Shown one piece after another: positions 45,297 through 57,043 of a DNA stretch of 64,000 bases. The position numbers and the translations under genes are program-made. Each line of letters begins with the position of its first letter. Position 1 is the first letter of the stretch. The notes beneath the pieces were generated by a model. It worked only from the letters and a program-made list of their open reading frames with translations. It was not told where the DNA came from and searched no databases. Source of the DNA: Carpediemonas membranifera BICM (lineage: Eukaryota > Protista > Fornicata); the NCBI GenBank assembly GCA_019828565.1, contig JAHDYR010000012.1, positions 744,001 through 808,000 on the forward strand. Direction: 5' to 3'.

Positions 45297-48200
45297 TTAC
45301 AGACCGGCTCGCTTGGCCTCGTCTGACTTCAGGAATATGTCTAGCGCCTCTAGGTCCTTGACTGACGAATAGTCTTGCCACGTAGCCTCTTCGTCTTCGC
45401 ACCCAGCCCAATGGACGAGGTATTCCCGCTTGGACATCGGGCCTCGACCTCGAGATCGACTGATTCGCTCAACTTCCCACTCGTCGTCAGCCGTGGCTGC
45501 GAGTGCTTTGATCTGATCTTCTGTCAGCCTGCCGGGATTGAACTTCCGAACTCTCGATGCGTCTACCGTGATCGCTTTCGAGTTGTCCTTCTCAGCTAGG
45601 TCTAAAACCTTATACGCGACAACGACACCGTGTTGTTTCACTCCGGCGAGCCTTCGCATTGGCCCTCTCCATCCAGGTGACAACTTGTTCGGTGGTCTAG
45701 AGGGGTACTTGACTAGGACGAACCTGCTAATAATCTCATTCCTCGAGGCAGTAGCCTTTGCGAGGGCGTCCTCTCTCATCGCCTGGACTCGGCTGCTGGC
45801 GAGTTGGACAGCCGCTGCGGCCGCTTCCCTGTGAGACTCACTCGCGCTCGCTGTACTAGAATCAGTCACATACACGTTCTGTGGTATTCTCAGGTCGTAC
45901 CCGAGAACTATCTCGGCTGGTGACAGGCGTGTAGACGTGCGCGGGGATGAATTAACGATGAACTGGGCGACAGGTAGATTCTCGATCCAGGTTGACCCTC
46001 TGAGCTGAAACTTACGCGCCTTGAGGATGCGTAATACTTGCTGGTTGGCGCGCTCTACCATCCCATTGGATTGCGGGTGGTGAGCCGTGGTAATATGGAT
46101 CTTGAACCCCATCTCATCTGCGATGCGCTTGAAGAGTTGGTTCTTGAACTCTGGTCCTCCGTCGGATTGGAGAACCTCAGGGCACCCGAAACGCAATATC
46201 CAGTTGTTGACCAGGGCGTCCGCTGCTGCCGCGCCGGTGGTACTCGAAGATGCGACTAGCTCAGTCCACCGACTGCACATGTCGATCATGACTGTGATGT
46301 AAGCCTTGCCGTCGACGGAGGGGAAAGGCCCCATCGTGTCAACTGCCACCCTACGGAACGGGCGATCTACGGCTGTGTGCAATCCTGACGGGCTGTCAAC
46401 CGGAGGGCGTCTAATCACCTGGCACACCGGGCAGTTTTCGATGACCTTGCTGACAGTCTCACGTGATACTGACTTGCCTTGGTCCTTGAGTCGTTCAGTA
46501 ACTACACGTCGGGAGAGGTGGGCCCCGGCGGTGAGGTGTTCTGCTTCAACGTCATCTTCTGATGCGGACTGCATAACGTACACTCGCGATAAGCCGTCTG
46601 CCCCACCGTTATCAAGGCCAGCGACGTGCTTGACGTCGAAGTCCATGTCGGACATAGCCTCAGCCCATCTGCGGACCTTGGCGTTAGTCGACTTGTACAT
46701 GTAAATCAGGTTGCGATGGTCCGTGAGAAGGGTGAACTTTCCCCAGGAGAGGTACTTGTTCCATCGCTTAATGGCGGCGACGATGGCGAATGCCTCCTTC
46801 TCTCCGACCGACCATCGCGATTGCACTTGGTCAAAGGCCTTGCTCATAAAGCACACGGGTTGGCCTTCCTGCAATAGCACAGCGCCGTAGCCAACTCCTG
46901 ACGCGTCGGTCATGATGGTGTGTTCCTTGGACGCATCGAAGATGGCGAGTGCTTCTGCTTGGGCGAGGAGTGTCTTGACTTTGCGTAGGGCTTGCTCTTG
47001 CTCGTCGCCACCCAGCGGGATCTTGGAGGCCATCGCTTGAGTTAAGGGGTGTACTACTTCTGCGAAACCAGGGACATGATCCCGGAAATAGTTAAGAAAT
47101 CCGACGAGCGCTTGCATTCCCTTGACCGACTTAGGCATTTCGAGATCCAGGATGTCTTGAATGCGGTCCGCTGCGATGCGTTGACAGCCATGGGATATGA
47201 CCCTGCCCAGGAACTCGACCTCGGCCCTCGAAAACTGGCACTTGTCACGGTTGAGTTGTAACTTGATCTGTCTAGTACGCTGCAGCACGCTCTCCAGGTT
47301 CTTGAGGTAATCCTCCTCGTTTTCCCCGAAGACAATGATATCGTCGATATAGATATAACAGGCGTGACCAACCAGTTCGGCGAAAGCCGACTCCATGGCA
47401 CGCTGAAAGTGAGCTCCTGCGTTCCTTAGCCCGAAGGGCATCCTAGTGTATTGATATTGACCTAGAATGGTGGTGAACGCAGTGTACTTGCGGCAGCGTT
47501 TGGTCAGTTCGACCTGGTGATAACCCGACGACAGGTCTAGTGTGGCGAAGATCTTCTTGTTGGGTAGTTGGGCGATCACCTCGTCGATCATTGGGATCGG
47601 GTAGTCGAAAGTGGGGGTGATCTCGTTGATCTGCCGGAAATCCACGACGAAGCGCGACTTCCCGCCCTTCTTCGGCACCGTCATGGCCGGGGATGCGTAC
47701 GGTGAGTTGCTTCTCTCGATAAACCCCTTCAAGGACAGCTCGTCGATGTGCTCCCCGTATTATGTCGACCTTGGCTGGTGGGGCGAAGTATGGTCTGGCG
47801 TTGACCACTCGGTCCTCGCGTAGGATGAGGTCATACGGCTCGAGGCGGCTGGGTTCGCTACGGTCCTCGAACACGTCGCTATAACGTCTGATTAGCTCGG
47901 CCTGCCGGTCGATGCTGGTCTGCGACAAAGAAAACAATGGTGCCTGATACTTGTACACGTCCGGAATCTCGATCTCGTCATCATCTTGCTCGTCTGTGTA
48001 GGCTTGGGGAAGGATTCCCAGTGCTACCATGTCTGGATATCCGATAATCATGTCGAACTCAGTGTCAAGTAGCAGCATACGTGGCTTGTAGGAGCACGCC
48101 TTGGGTGTAAACGCTGACGCTAGCAGTCTTACGTCGCCTTCAACAGCGCCTTGCGCGTGAAGAATACCCTTGTTGGCGGTACGGATCGGAATAACCTCGG

Positions 48201-49249
48201 AGCTAACTTTTGTCAAGCTTGGACGCCCACGTGCTCTTGATGATCGTGACTCCGGCACCTGAATCAAGTAGAGCAGTGAGGTTGTGACCATTAATCTGGA
48301 CTTTGATCAAGGGAACAGATGGCTTAGTCTCGGTCTCGCCCTTAGTCTTTGACGGTTCGCCCTCGGCCGGTGACTCCTTGGAACTTAAAACACACACGCA
48401 CTTGGAGGATTTACAGTAATCCTCCAGGTGGCCGACACGACCACACTTCTTACATGTGTGCTTGGGCTTCTTACACTTGAACACCGAGTGACCCTTGCCA
48501 CCGCAGTTATAGCAGGTGTAGTTAGAGTAGTCCTTTGCCGGCTTCTCCTTCTTGATTGCCTTGTGGCCCTTGTTGGTTTCAGCCGACCGGTTATCGGACG
48601 AGGGCTTCTTCGGGATCACAGACGAGTCGTGTCTGCGGTCATGGCGGGACGTGTAGGGTTGACGAGAGGGAGCGTCTTCGAAAGCGCTTAGTAGATCCCG
48701 TGACTCTTGGACTTCACGTGCTAGGGCTAGGACGGCGGGCATAGCCTTTTCCAGAGGCTGGTCCTCGATGAGCTCTTGGATGCGGTACATGGCCTTGGGG
48801 TTGCTCTTAAAGGCACGCGTATACGCCTCCTTGAGGTTGTCCTCGTTGAGGGACTTCCCATCGAACAGGGACAAGAGGAGAGTGAACTTCCGATTGACGC
48901 GTGCGACCTGTACCGTGTCGAAGCTGTTGGCTCTTAGACGGAACAGCTGGAGGCGTGAGGTCTTGGTTCTGGGTTGCAGGGCTTGTCCGAGCCGCTTGAG
49001 AGTTCTCTGATCCTTCAGATCGCGGATGTTCTTCCTTGAGGCTACTAGGGGAGTGTGATCGTCGTCTTCGTCCTGCGTAGTGGATAGGATCGTGGCAATG
49101 AGGTCTTGTACCGAGCTATCAATCAAGTCTGAGATATCCCGATGGCCTCCGTAAGCGCGATAGTCGCGGAAGGCCTCGGCGAAAGTGATGAGAGCCTCAA
49201 CTGACGGAACCGTTAGTAGAGGAGGTATAAGGCGTTTCTTATCGTTCAT
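45297..49249 (-). CDS. Gypsy-1 gag-pol (2 CCHC knuckles, protease, RT, RNase H, integrase, chromodomain)
   Basis: CYNCGGKGHSVFKC, LLDSGA, YIDD, TDAS, HLS..CPVC, VAVD..SDGG..VER, WRGP, WEVERI..YLVHW. Two apparent frameshifts near 48208 and 47755. Confidence 0.93.
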
Positions 49250-50330
49250 GGCTTGAATTTCTAGAAATGTAGTCCGTTAGGGACAAGAAAGCTTTACAGG
49301 GAAAAGAGACGACACCAAATGTGTCGACAGAAACCTGAAGACGATGTAAATAATACAACTATGTAAATATTGGGTAAGACCCACGACAGCTGCCTGCGGA
49401 TTTGGCTGGAGAGGTGGACGGTCTCCGTCGTAGGGGTGGCCTGCAGTGGTCTGAGTGCGAGGCGGGCGAACTGTGTGGTCCCTGCGAAGAATGACAGACG
49501 GCCTAGGAGCTTCTGCCAGTCTGAAGCTGTGATGGACCCGACCCGGAGGGCCTTGGAGATCGTGGCCGTGTAGGCCTCGGCCTTGTCTTTTGAGATTCTT
49601 AGGGACTCGCTTGCGGTGTCTATGTGGACACCTAGGTAGTCTACCTGCTGGGTCGGCGTGAGGACGCACTTGTTGAGGCCCGGTATCGCCCCCAGCGATA
49701 GCATGAGGTCGATGATCTGCGGGGTGACCGAAGCTAGGTACGATGGGGAGGCATGGGACACTAAGAAGTCGTCGAGATAGACCGCGATGGTCACCCCGAA
49801 CCTGTGTGCGATGATCTTTGCAAGCTGTATGGTCGTGCTCTGGAACACGTACGGCGCCGCTGTCCATCCGAAGCCGAGTGTGTTGTACCTGAATGCGCGG
49901 CCGTCCGGTAGGACCACGCCTAGGAGGGGGGAGTCTCGCGAGGCGACGCCAAGTTGGTGGTATCCCGATGCTAGGTCTATCTTGATCATGTAGTCGTTCT
50001 TGTGCAGATTGCGGACCGCCCGTCTGATGCCGAACAGACGAAACACCCTCAGCTCTGCTGTCAACTCGTTCAGGGCTCGGAGGTCGTGCACGGGGCGGAC
50101 ATCGTCTTTGCCCTTCGACACCGCGAACAGGGGTGCGCTGTGACGCAGTTCGTCTATCGGGCACGGGGAGAGGACGCCCTTGGCGACTAGCTCTTCGATC
50201 TTCGGGAGTAGGCGGGGGTCCACTCGCCTTTGCGGTTCTGGTGGAGGGGGCGCAGAGGTGAGGTGGATAGGGACGCCATCCCGCAGCCAGCTTACTACCT
50301 CGGGGGAGGCACCGAGTCTTGCCCACACCG

Positions 50331-53300
50331 TGTTGGGCAATTTTAGTTATAACCATTTTTGCCCTTGATCGGGTTTCGAATAAACCTCACTTCGTCATTA
50401 GTTCTCTTTATTTGGCCACAGTAAGCTTACTCACCGCCATGGACTATCAAACGATTTCAGCCCCTTTTCTCAACGACATTCGTTCCGAAACGGCCTTCTG
50501 CAGCTTCAACGACAAGTTCGAGGCCTATTCCGCCCAAGTTCCCGACGACAGAGCACTATCTGTCCGTATGCTCATTTCCAGCCGTGTTTTACGCCTGATC
50601 CGCCTTCGCATTGACAACTTTGACGACCTTCCAGATGAAAACGTCCTGTCGGCGATCTACTCCGCTTTCTTCGCTCCCAAGAGCACTCAGGCCGTTCTGT
50701 CTAAGCTGGAAGCAACCGCCATGTCCTCCACGACGGCCAGCAACAGCGCTCTGCTCGCCTACCTCGACAGGTTCGACCGCGTCGAGGACCTCTGTTCCAC
50801 TTACCTCCCCGACGAGAAGACACTACGCCGCACTTTCATCCGCGGACTGTCCCCAGATTCACTGCGCCGCCGGGTCAAGGCCTCCGAACCTGAGACGCTC
50901 GCCGACGCCAAGCGTGCCGCCTTCCAAGAGGTCGAGACCTTGGCTGAGGCCAAGCGCACCATCGCCGAGTTCGGTCAGCCCGAGGTCCCGCGCCCTCAGG
51001 CCACACGTCCGCCTCCGAGCTTCCACCCCACTCGTCCTCACGCTACCGCAGCGCCTGCTCCACACTTCCCATCCAACAAACCAGACAACCATAAGCCTGC
51101 CGGTACCCCCTGCCAAGCCGCAGCCTGTCTGCCATGGATGCGGCCTCTCCGGCCACCTTAGGCCTGACTGCCCCAACAAGTCCAAGCCCGGCTTCTTCGC
51201 TACGGGCCGCCGGACGACGCCCATCTCTCTGAAGATGGCAACAAGCGGACCAGTCATGCGCCTCAGCACCAACGTACGAGCCTTCGCGCCCGTCGGCTCC
51301 CCTGCTCCCCAGAGCACCGACCGCGTCGACGCCCTGGTCGACACAGGCGCCTCCTCATCCTTCATCAGCCCAGTGCTGGCCAAGTCTCTGGGCCTGGTCA
51401 TGATCCCTGATGAGCTCAAGATAAGCACGGCCAATGGCATCGCCACGTCTGCCCATCGCACGCTCCTTGACATCAAGGTCAACAGGTCTCCCCACTCAGT
51501 CGGAGGTACTATCAGCGCCCACGTCCTCAACACCGGTGAGCCCCTCATCCTTGGGTTCGACGTGATCCAAACGTTCAACCTACTGGATCCTCCCGCGACT
51601 GAGCCTCAGGACCTCGGCGAGGTTACACCCCTTGACGAAGATGGCCAGATCGAGCTCGATGAAAACGTCGCAGCCCTCGCTCGCGAGTTCGAAGACATCT
51701 TCGGTCCCATCCCTCGTGAGCCTGCCAAGGTTCAGCCTATGGAGATCGCCGTCACGGACGAAACTCCGACCCACGTTCCCCCTCGCCGGCTCTCCCCGGC
51801 CATGACTGAGGTCATCGATCGAGAGGTCGAGGCCCTCCTTGAGGCTGGCATCATCCGCCTATCGGAGTCGGCTTACTCCGCCCCTTGCTTCGTCGTGCCA
51901 AAGACGAACGGTGAACATAGGATGGTCGTAGACTACCGCCTCCTCAACTCAGTCAGCCGCGACTTCCGATTCCCCCTGCAGAACATTAAGTCCATCTTGT
52001 CTCGCCTGAATGGCAGCAAGTACTTCACCACGCTTGACCTGCGCAGTGGCTACCACCAGTTCCCCCTCGACGCAACAGCTGTTCCTCGGACTGCATTTGC
52101 CACGCACAACGGCCTGTACGAGTTCGTTAGAGTCCCCTTCGGTCTCAAGAACGCGCCTTCCTACTTCCAGCGAGGCATGATGCGGATCTTAGCTCCACTC
52201 TTGGGCCGCGGGGTCGAGTGCTACCTTGATGATGTCATCGTACACGCGTCTACGATCGAGGGCCACAACTCCCTTCTGCATCAGGTCTTCGAACTCGTCC
52301 GCGCCCACAACTTACGCCTGAAGCTGAGCAAGTGCGTCTTCCTCCGCACCGAGCTCGAGTTCGTCGGCCACACGGTCTGCTCACAGGGCATCAGCATCTC
52401 CAGCTGGCGCAAGGAAGCCCTCGGCTCAATGACCGTTCCGTCAAACCCCTCCGAGCTGCGAAGCTTCTGCGGTCTCGCGAACTATTACCGTGACCATGTC
52501 GCAGATTTCGCCCGTATCATGGCTCCCCTGTACGACCTCTGCGGCTCCAAGACCGTTTTCGAGTGGGGTGAGTCCGAACAGACTGCTTGGGACACCGTCA
52601 AGCGCGCTATCGTCCAGGCACCCCTCCTATCTTTCCCAGACTACTCGAAGCCCCTGGTGATCAAGACCGACGCTTCTTCGCTCGGCTGTGGCGCTCTCCT
52701 CGCGCAGCAAGATCCCGTCTCCGGCAAGGGAGGCACCTGTCGCCTTCGTCTCGCGCCGCTTCACGATGACTGAGTCAGCTTGGGCCACGATCGAGCAAGA
52801 AGCATATGGAATCTTCTTCGCCATCACCAAGTTCGATCCGTTCATCCGAGGCCAGTTCTTCGAGGTCCAGACCGATCATAAGAACTTGATCTACATGTCG
52901 CGCAGTGAGACCCCGAAGGTCGTGCGCTGGAGCCTCCGTCTCCAAGAGTATGTCTTCGTGATTCATCACATCCCCGGCCTCGACAACGCGGCCGCAGATG
53001 TCCTCTCTCGCTGTCTCAAGGCTGTCACTTCCCTGTCTGACCATCATGTGGACATTGAGTCCGTGCATGGTCCCGTCGCCGGCCATATGGGCGCCGTGAC
53101 CACCATGGAGCGCCTCAAGCTCCGCGGCATCGAATGGACCAACATGCTGGATGACATCAAGGGCTTTATTGCCTCATGCCCCATCTGTCAGAAGGTCCGC
53201 GAGACAGCCAAGAAGACGACTTCTACCCTGCGTCCTACGTTCTCCTCTGACCCGTTCGTGGCCGTCTCCATCGACACTATGGGTCCCTTCCCGGAGGATG

Positions 53301-54369
53301 ACTTTGGTAACAAGTTTATCATCGTCACGGTTGACAACTTCTCACGCTTTACAGAGCTAGTTGCTGTCCCTTCAACTTCCTCCGAGTCTGCCTGCCGCGC
53401 ATTCATCCAGTTCGCCGGCCACTACGGATTCCCTCAGACCGTCCGCACTGATGGCGGCTCCCAGTTCACTGCCAAACTCTTCAAGGAGATCTTGGCCTCC
53501 CTGCACGTGGCCCACACCGTCACGCTGCCCTACCACCACCGCGCGAACGGCCTAGTCGAGAGGGTCAACCGCGAGGTGAACCGTCATCTCGTCGCCTTGA
53601 CCTCTGAACTCAGACTCTCCTCCAAGTGGTCTCTGTACCTGCCCATGGTCCAACGCCTTCTTAACGCTACCACCAACTCTAGCATTGGCATGTCACCCGC
53701 TGCCCTCGTCTTCGGCACCGCCGTCAACCTCGACCGCAGCATCATCGACGTAGTGTCACAGGGAGAGGGAGAGCACCCAGACATCGTCCAAATCCAGGAG
53801 ATCCTCGTTCAAGCAGCCCGCCTTAACCAGGATCAGACCTTCAACCCCGGCCCTTCAACCTCGGACGTCTTTGCCATCGGCGACCAGGTCTTAGTAACCT
53901 ACCCGACGCGTCCCGACAGCAAGTTGACCCCCCAAGCTCATGGGCCCCTACACCATAACTTCCCGCTCGAACGACATTTACGAGGTTATCAATCCTGCGA
54001 CTCGTCGCACCCAGACCTATCACGCCACACGCCTCCGCCGCTTCGTCTCCAATGGCCTCCTCACTGACATCGAGCTCGTCGCCATGGACGAGGACTCCTA
54101 CCTTGTACAAGAGATCCTGGCCCACCGTGGCGGCCCCAACAAGACCTCCTTCGAGTTTCTCATCCGCTGGGATGGCTATGGTGCCGAGGACGACCAATGG
54201 CTTCCCTACCTCGAGGTCAGGGACCTCGAGGCTCTCGACTATTATCTCGAGTGTCACCCACTCTTCTAAGAGAGAGAAGTGTTGGGCAATTTTAGTTATA
54301 ACCATTTTTGCCCTTGATCGGGTTTCGAATAAACCTCACTTCGTCATTAGTTCTCTTTATTTGGCCACA
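50331..54369 (+). mobile_element. Gypsy-2: minimal 4039-bp chromodomain Ty3/Gypsy element
   Basis: Identical 90-bp LTRs at 50331-50420 and 54280-54369, ACCG TSD, PPT AAGAGAGAGAAG at 54268-54279. Confidence 0.96.
50439..54269 (+). CDS. Gypsy-2 gag-pol with chromodomain
   Basis: CHGCGLSGHLRPDC, LVDTGA, YLDD, KTDAS, GHMG..CPIC, TDGG, GPY, YLVQEIL..FLIRW. Apparent homopolymer frameshifts near 51108, 52729 and 53930. Confidence 0.93.
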
Positions 54370-54418
54370 ACCGGCCACTTTTTGTTCATTGACGGGAACT
54401 GAACATCTGTGGCAAGGG

Positions 54419-54946
54419 CTACTTCTTGTGCTTCTTGTGAAACCCCCCTTTGTTCTGGGGCTGGTCCTTTCTCTTACCCTTGGCTCTGGCTTTGGCTGCG
54501 CAGTAGGAGATGGCACGGGGGGTTTTGGTCTGGGACGTGTTGAACAAGTCGAGAAACAGTTCGCAGGTTGCGTCCGACCAGTTGTCGTCCTTGAGGTCCA
54601 GAAGGGTACGGCGTGCTTGGAGTTCCACCAGGAGTCTTGCTTTGAGCGGCTCGTCGTCGAGGGCGTTGACGATCACCATCACGCGGCGAAGCCACTTTGC
54701 TTCCGCCTTAAGTGGTCTCTTTGTCGGAAGCTCGCCGTATGCATCCATCTCTGCCAGTGTTTGGTCAATATCCGCTTCATCTTGTTCAGGGAAGAAATCA
54801 ATTTGAGATTCCTTCGGCGGCTCGGTCTCGGGCGGCGGAGGAGGCGGATTAAGCTTTGCAAGCTGTTGCGAGATGGTAGCGATTGAGGCTTCTAGGTTAT
54901 TGAGCCTCGTTGCCGTCGGATCTGGATGTTCCGAATTTTCTACCAT
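54419..54946 (-). CDS. DIRS-A gag-like ORF, 175 aa
   Basis: First ORF of the element, starting inside repeat A1. Confidence 0.8.
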   Translation of the reverse strand: MVENSEHPDPTATRLNNLEASIATISQQLAKLNPPPPPPETEPPKESQIDFFPEQDEADIDQTLAEMDAYGELPTKRPLKAEAKWLRRVMVIVNALDDEPLKARLLVELQARRTLLDLKDDNWSDATCELFLDLFNTSQTKTPRAISYCAAKARAKGKRKDQPQNKGGFHKKHKK

Positions 54947-55076
54947 TCTGCCCGCATAAACTGCGCGGCTCGCCTGGTCGGCGCATCACCATGCCGGAGC
55001 GAGGCGATCTCATTGCCCTCCGCTCACGGCCCGTTACCCGAGGTAACCTGTCAGCGCGATGTAACGCCAAAGTGTG

Positions 55077-55301
55077 GCTCTATAACAGAGAGCCCTCCTC
55101 TTAAATCCAACCAAAATGGGGGGGGCGAGTATTTACTTCGGGTGGCTACCCCGAGCTCTTATGACAGACCCGGGTAAATCCTCGTCTTGCAATCCGGTCA
55201 GGTCCGGAACGGCTCCGACACCTGCCGATGCGTTTCGAAGTGTGACATAAAGTGCACATTGATCGGCGCGCGCAGGTGCCAGTGATGGTCCTGTGACAGG
55301 A
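55077..55301 (-). repeat. Duplicate solo A-B remnant of DIRS-B
   Basis: Same sequence as 27955-28179. Confidence 0.7.
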
Positions 55302-55809
55302 TTGTCAACCGTGCCGTCGTCTTGACCTTGTTACTCAACCAGAGAGGGGGAGTGTGTGAGCGATTAATTCGATTCACGGTGTTTTTAGTTGCCAAACTAG
55401 GGCCATCTATGACCCACCCTATCCTGTTACGTCCCCTGTTTACAAATGGTTTGGCTAATTTGAGCATTTTCAGACTGAAACACAGTGTTAATGCAGCTTT
55501 TGGACAGTTAGGTCGTGCGAGGAGTTGTTCTAGGCGATGATCGTGTCGGGCTGACCTGGACGGGGCCACTGACCGGTGGTATTATGGCGGGTCTGCGCTG
55601 GATCGGGTGGTGTTACTGAGCTGTGAGACGTCTGTCGCCATGCGTTGGGTGGTCTGGCCGTCGCAGTGTTGGACACAGACAGATGCATCACACGACGTGT
55701 GCTTTGGTCTCAATAATTAGGTGGCACAAATGTCATGACTGTGTGACACGGCTTGTTACAGCACAAGACGGTCCGAGACGGTCGCTATGCCACTAATAGA
55801 ACCAACTCA

Positions 55810-56935
55810 ATGATCGAATACGCCGAAGAGCTTTCCAATACTGTCCAGGTGATGACGAGGAACCGTGGCCTCGCTGCGCTTGATGAGAGCATTGGGACGA
55901 TGGGGAAGCGCTTCATCGTCTTTGATATCGATAACACAGCTGAAAACAGACGACATTGGCGCGAGATCCTGCTTACCTCCTCTCCCCGAGTTCACCATCG
56001 CCATTGGCGGCGTCATCCTCTTCACCGAGCAGCTCGACCAGCGAGCCGACGACGGCAAGACCCTCCCCGAGCTCATCCAGGAGCTGGGCATGGTTACAGG
56101 CGTCAAGACGGACCTGGGCCAGGCCTCCATCGCGGGGACGGACGAGACGGTGCTCCAAGGGCTCGACAAGCTCCACGAGCGTTGCCACTGTTACCACAGC
56201 AAGGGAGCCCGCTTCTCCAAGTTCCGGGCCATTTTCTCCGTGGACGAGGCCAGGGGCTACCCGTCGGCCCGGGCGGTGCACATCAACGCCTTCACACTCG
56301 CCCGCATGGCATCCATATGCCAGCAGTGCGGCCTGGTACCAGTTGTCGAGCCCGAGATCCTGGCGAACGGCACCCACACCATCGAGCAGCACGCCAACGC
56401 CTGCACACGGGTCTGGACTGCTGTGTTTGACGAGCTCAAGGCGCAAGAGGTCGACCTGACCCGAATGATCCTGAAGACGAGCATGGTAGCCCCCGGGCTC
56501 GACTCGACCCAGCGCATGATCCCGGCCGACATCGCCCAAACGACGCTCAACACGCTCATGTCGACGGTGCCTGCCGCTGTGCCCGCGGTCTGCTTCCTCT
56601 CGGGCGGCTTCAAGGAGCAGGAGTCGACCGGCATACTCAACGCCATCAACCTCCACGCCGCCCGCCTGGGCAAGGCGAATGTGCCATGGCAGCTGTCGTT
56701 CAGCTTCGCCCGAGCCCTCCAGGGCAGTGCGATGAAGGCGTGGGCAGGCAACCCCGCCAACGAAGAGACCGCGCAGCAGTGCTTCGTGAAGCGGTGCAGG
56801 GCCAACCATCTGGCCGCCCAAGGGCTGTACAAGGGCGAAGACGCGCTCGACCGAGAGACCAAGGCGCATGTGTTCGCCGAGATGACTGGGCAATTTGAAC
56901 CTGACAGTGTGCTCCCGACCGAGAATGTTGCATAA
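55810..56935 (+). CDS. Class I fructose-bisphosphate aldolase
   Basis: GLAALDES, GGVILF, GVKTD, QGLDKL, GARFSKFR, VVEPEIL, ILKTSMV (Schiff-base Lys), FLSGG, FSFARALQ. The extra C near 55985 is absent in the duplicate. Confidence 0.93.
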
Positions 56936-57043
56936 ACAACCTTGTCAGCGGATTTACTCGACGATATGGTTGAAATTTGAGCGTGTCATTTGGTTCGACT
57001 CCGCTGACTTTGAGCCGATCGAAACAACCTCATAGAATAGAAC

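Larger units (their letters stand above)
41168..49388 (-). mobile_element. Gypsy-1: chromodomain Ty3/Gypsy LTR retrotransposon with extra 3' cargo
   Basis: Identical 121-bp LTRs at 41168-41288 and 49268-49388, GCTG TSD, PPT GGAGGGGCGG next to the 3' LTR. Confidence 0.96.
38823..55069 (-). mobile_element. DIRS-A copy 2 containing nested Gypsy-1 (with LINE-B) and Gypsy-2
   Basis: Segments 38823-41167, 49389-50330 and 54370-55069 reconstruct the element. Confidence 0.95.

Noticed and set aside
541-55990. Many apparent frameshifts read as programmed frameshifting or true pseudogenisation
   Set aside because: Almost all are single-base changes in homopolymers, and they differ between near-identical copies (LINE-B ORF1, DIRS-A, aldolase), which points to consensus errors.
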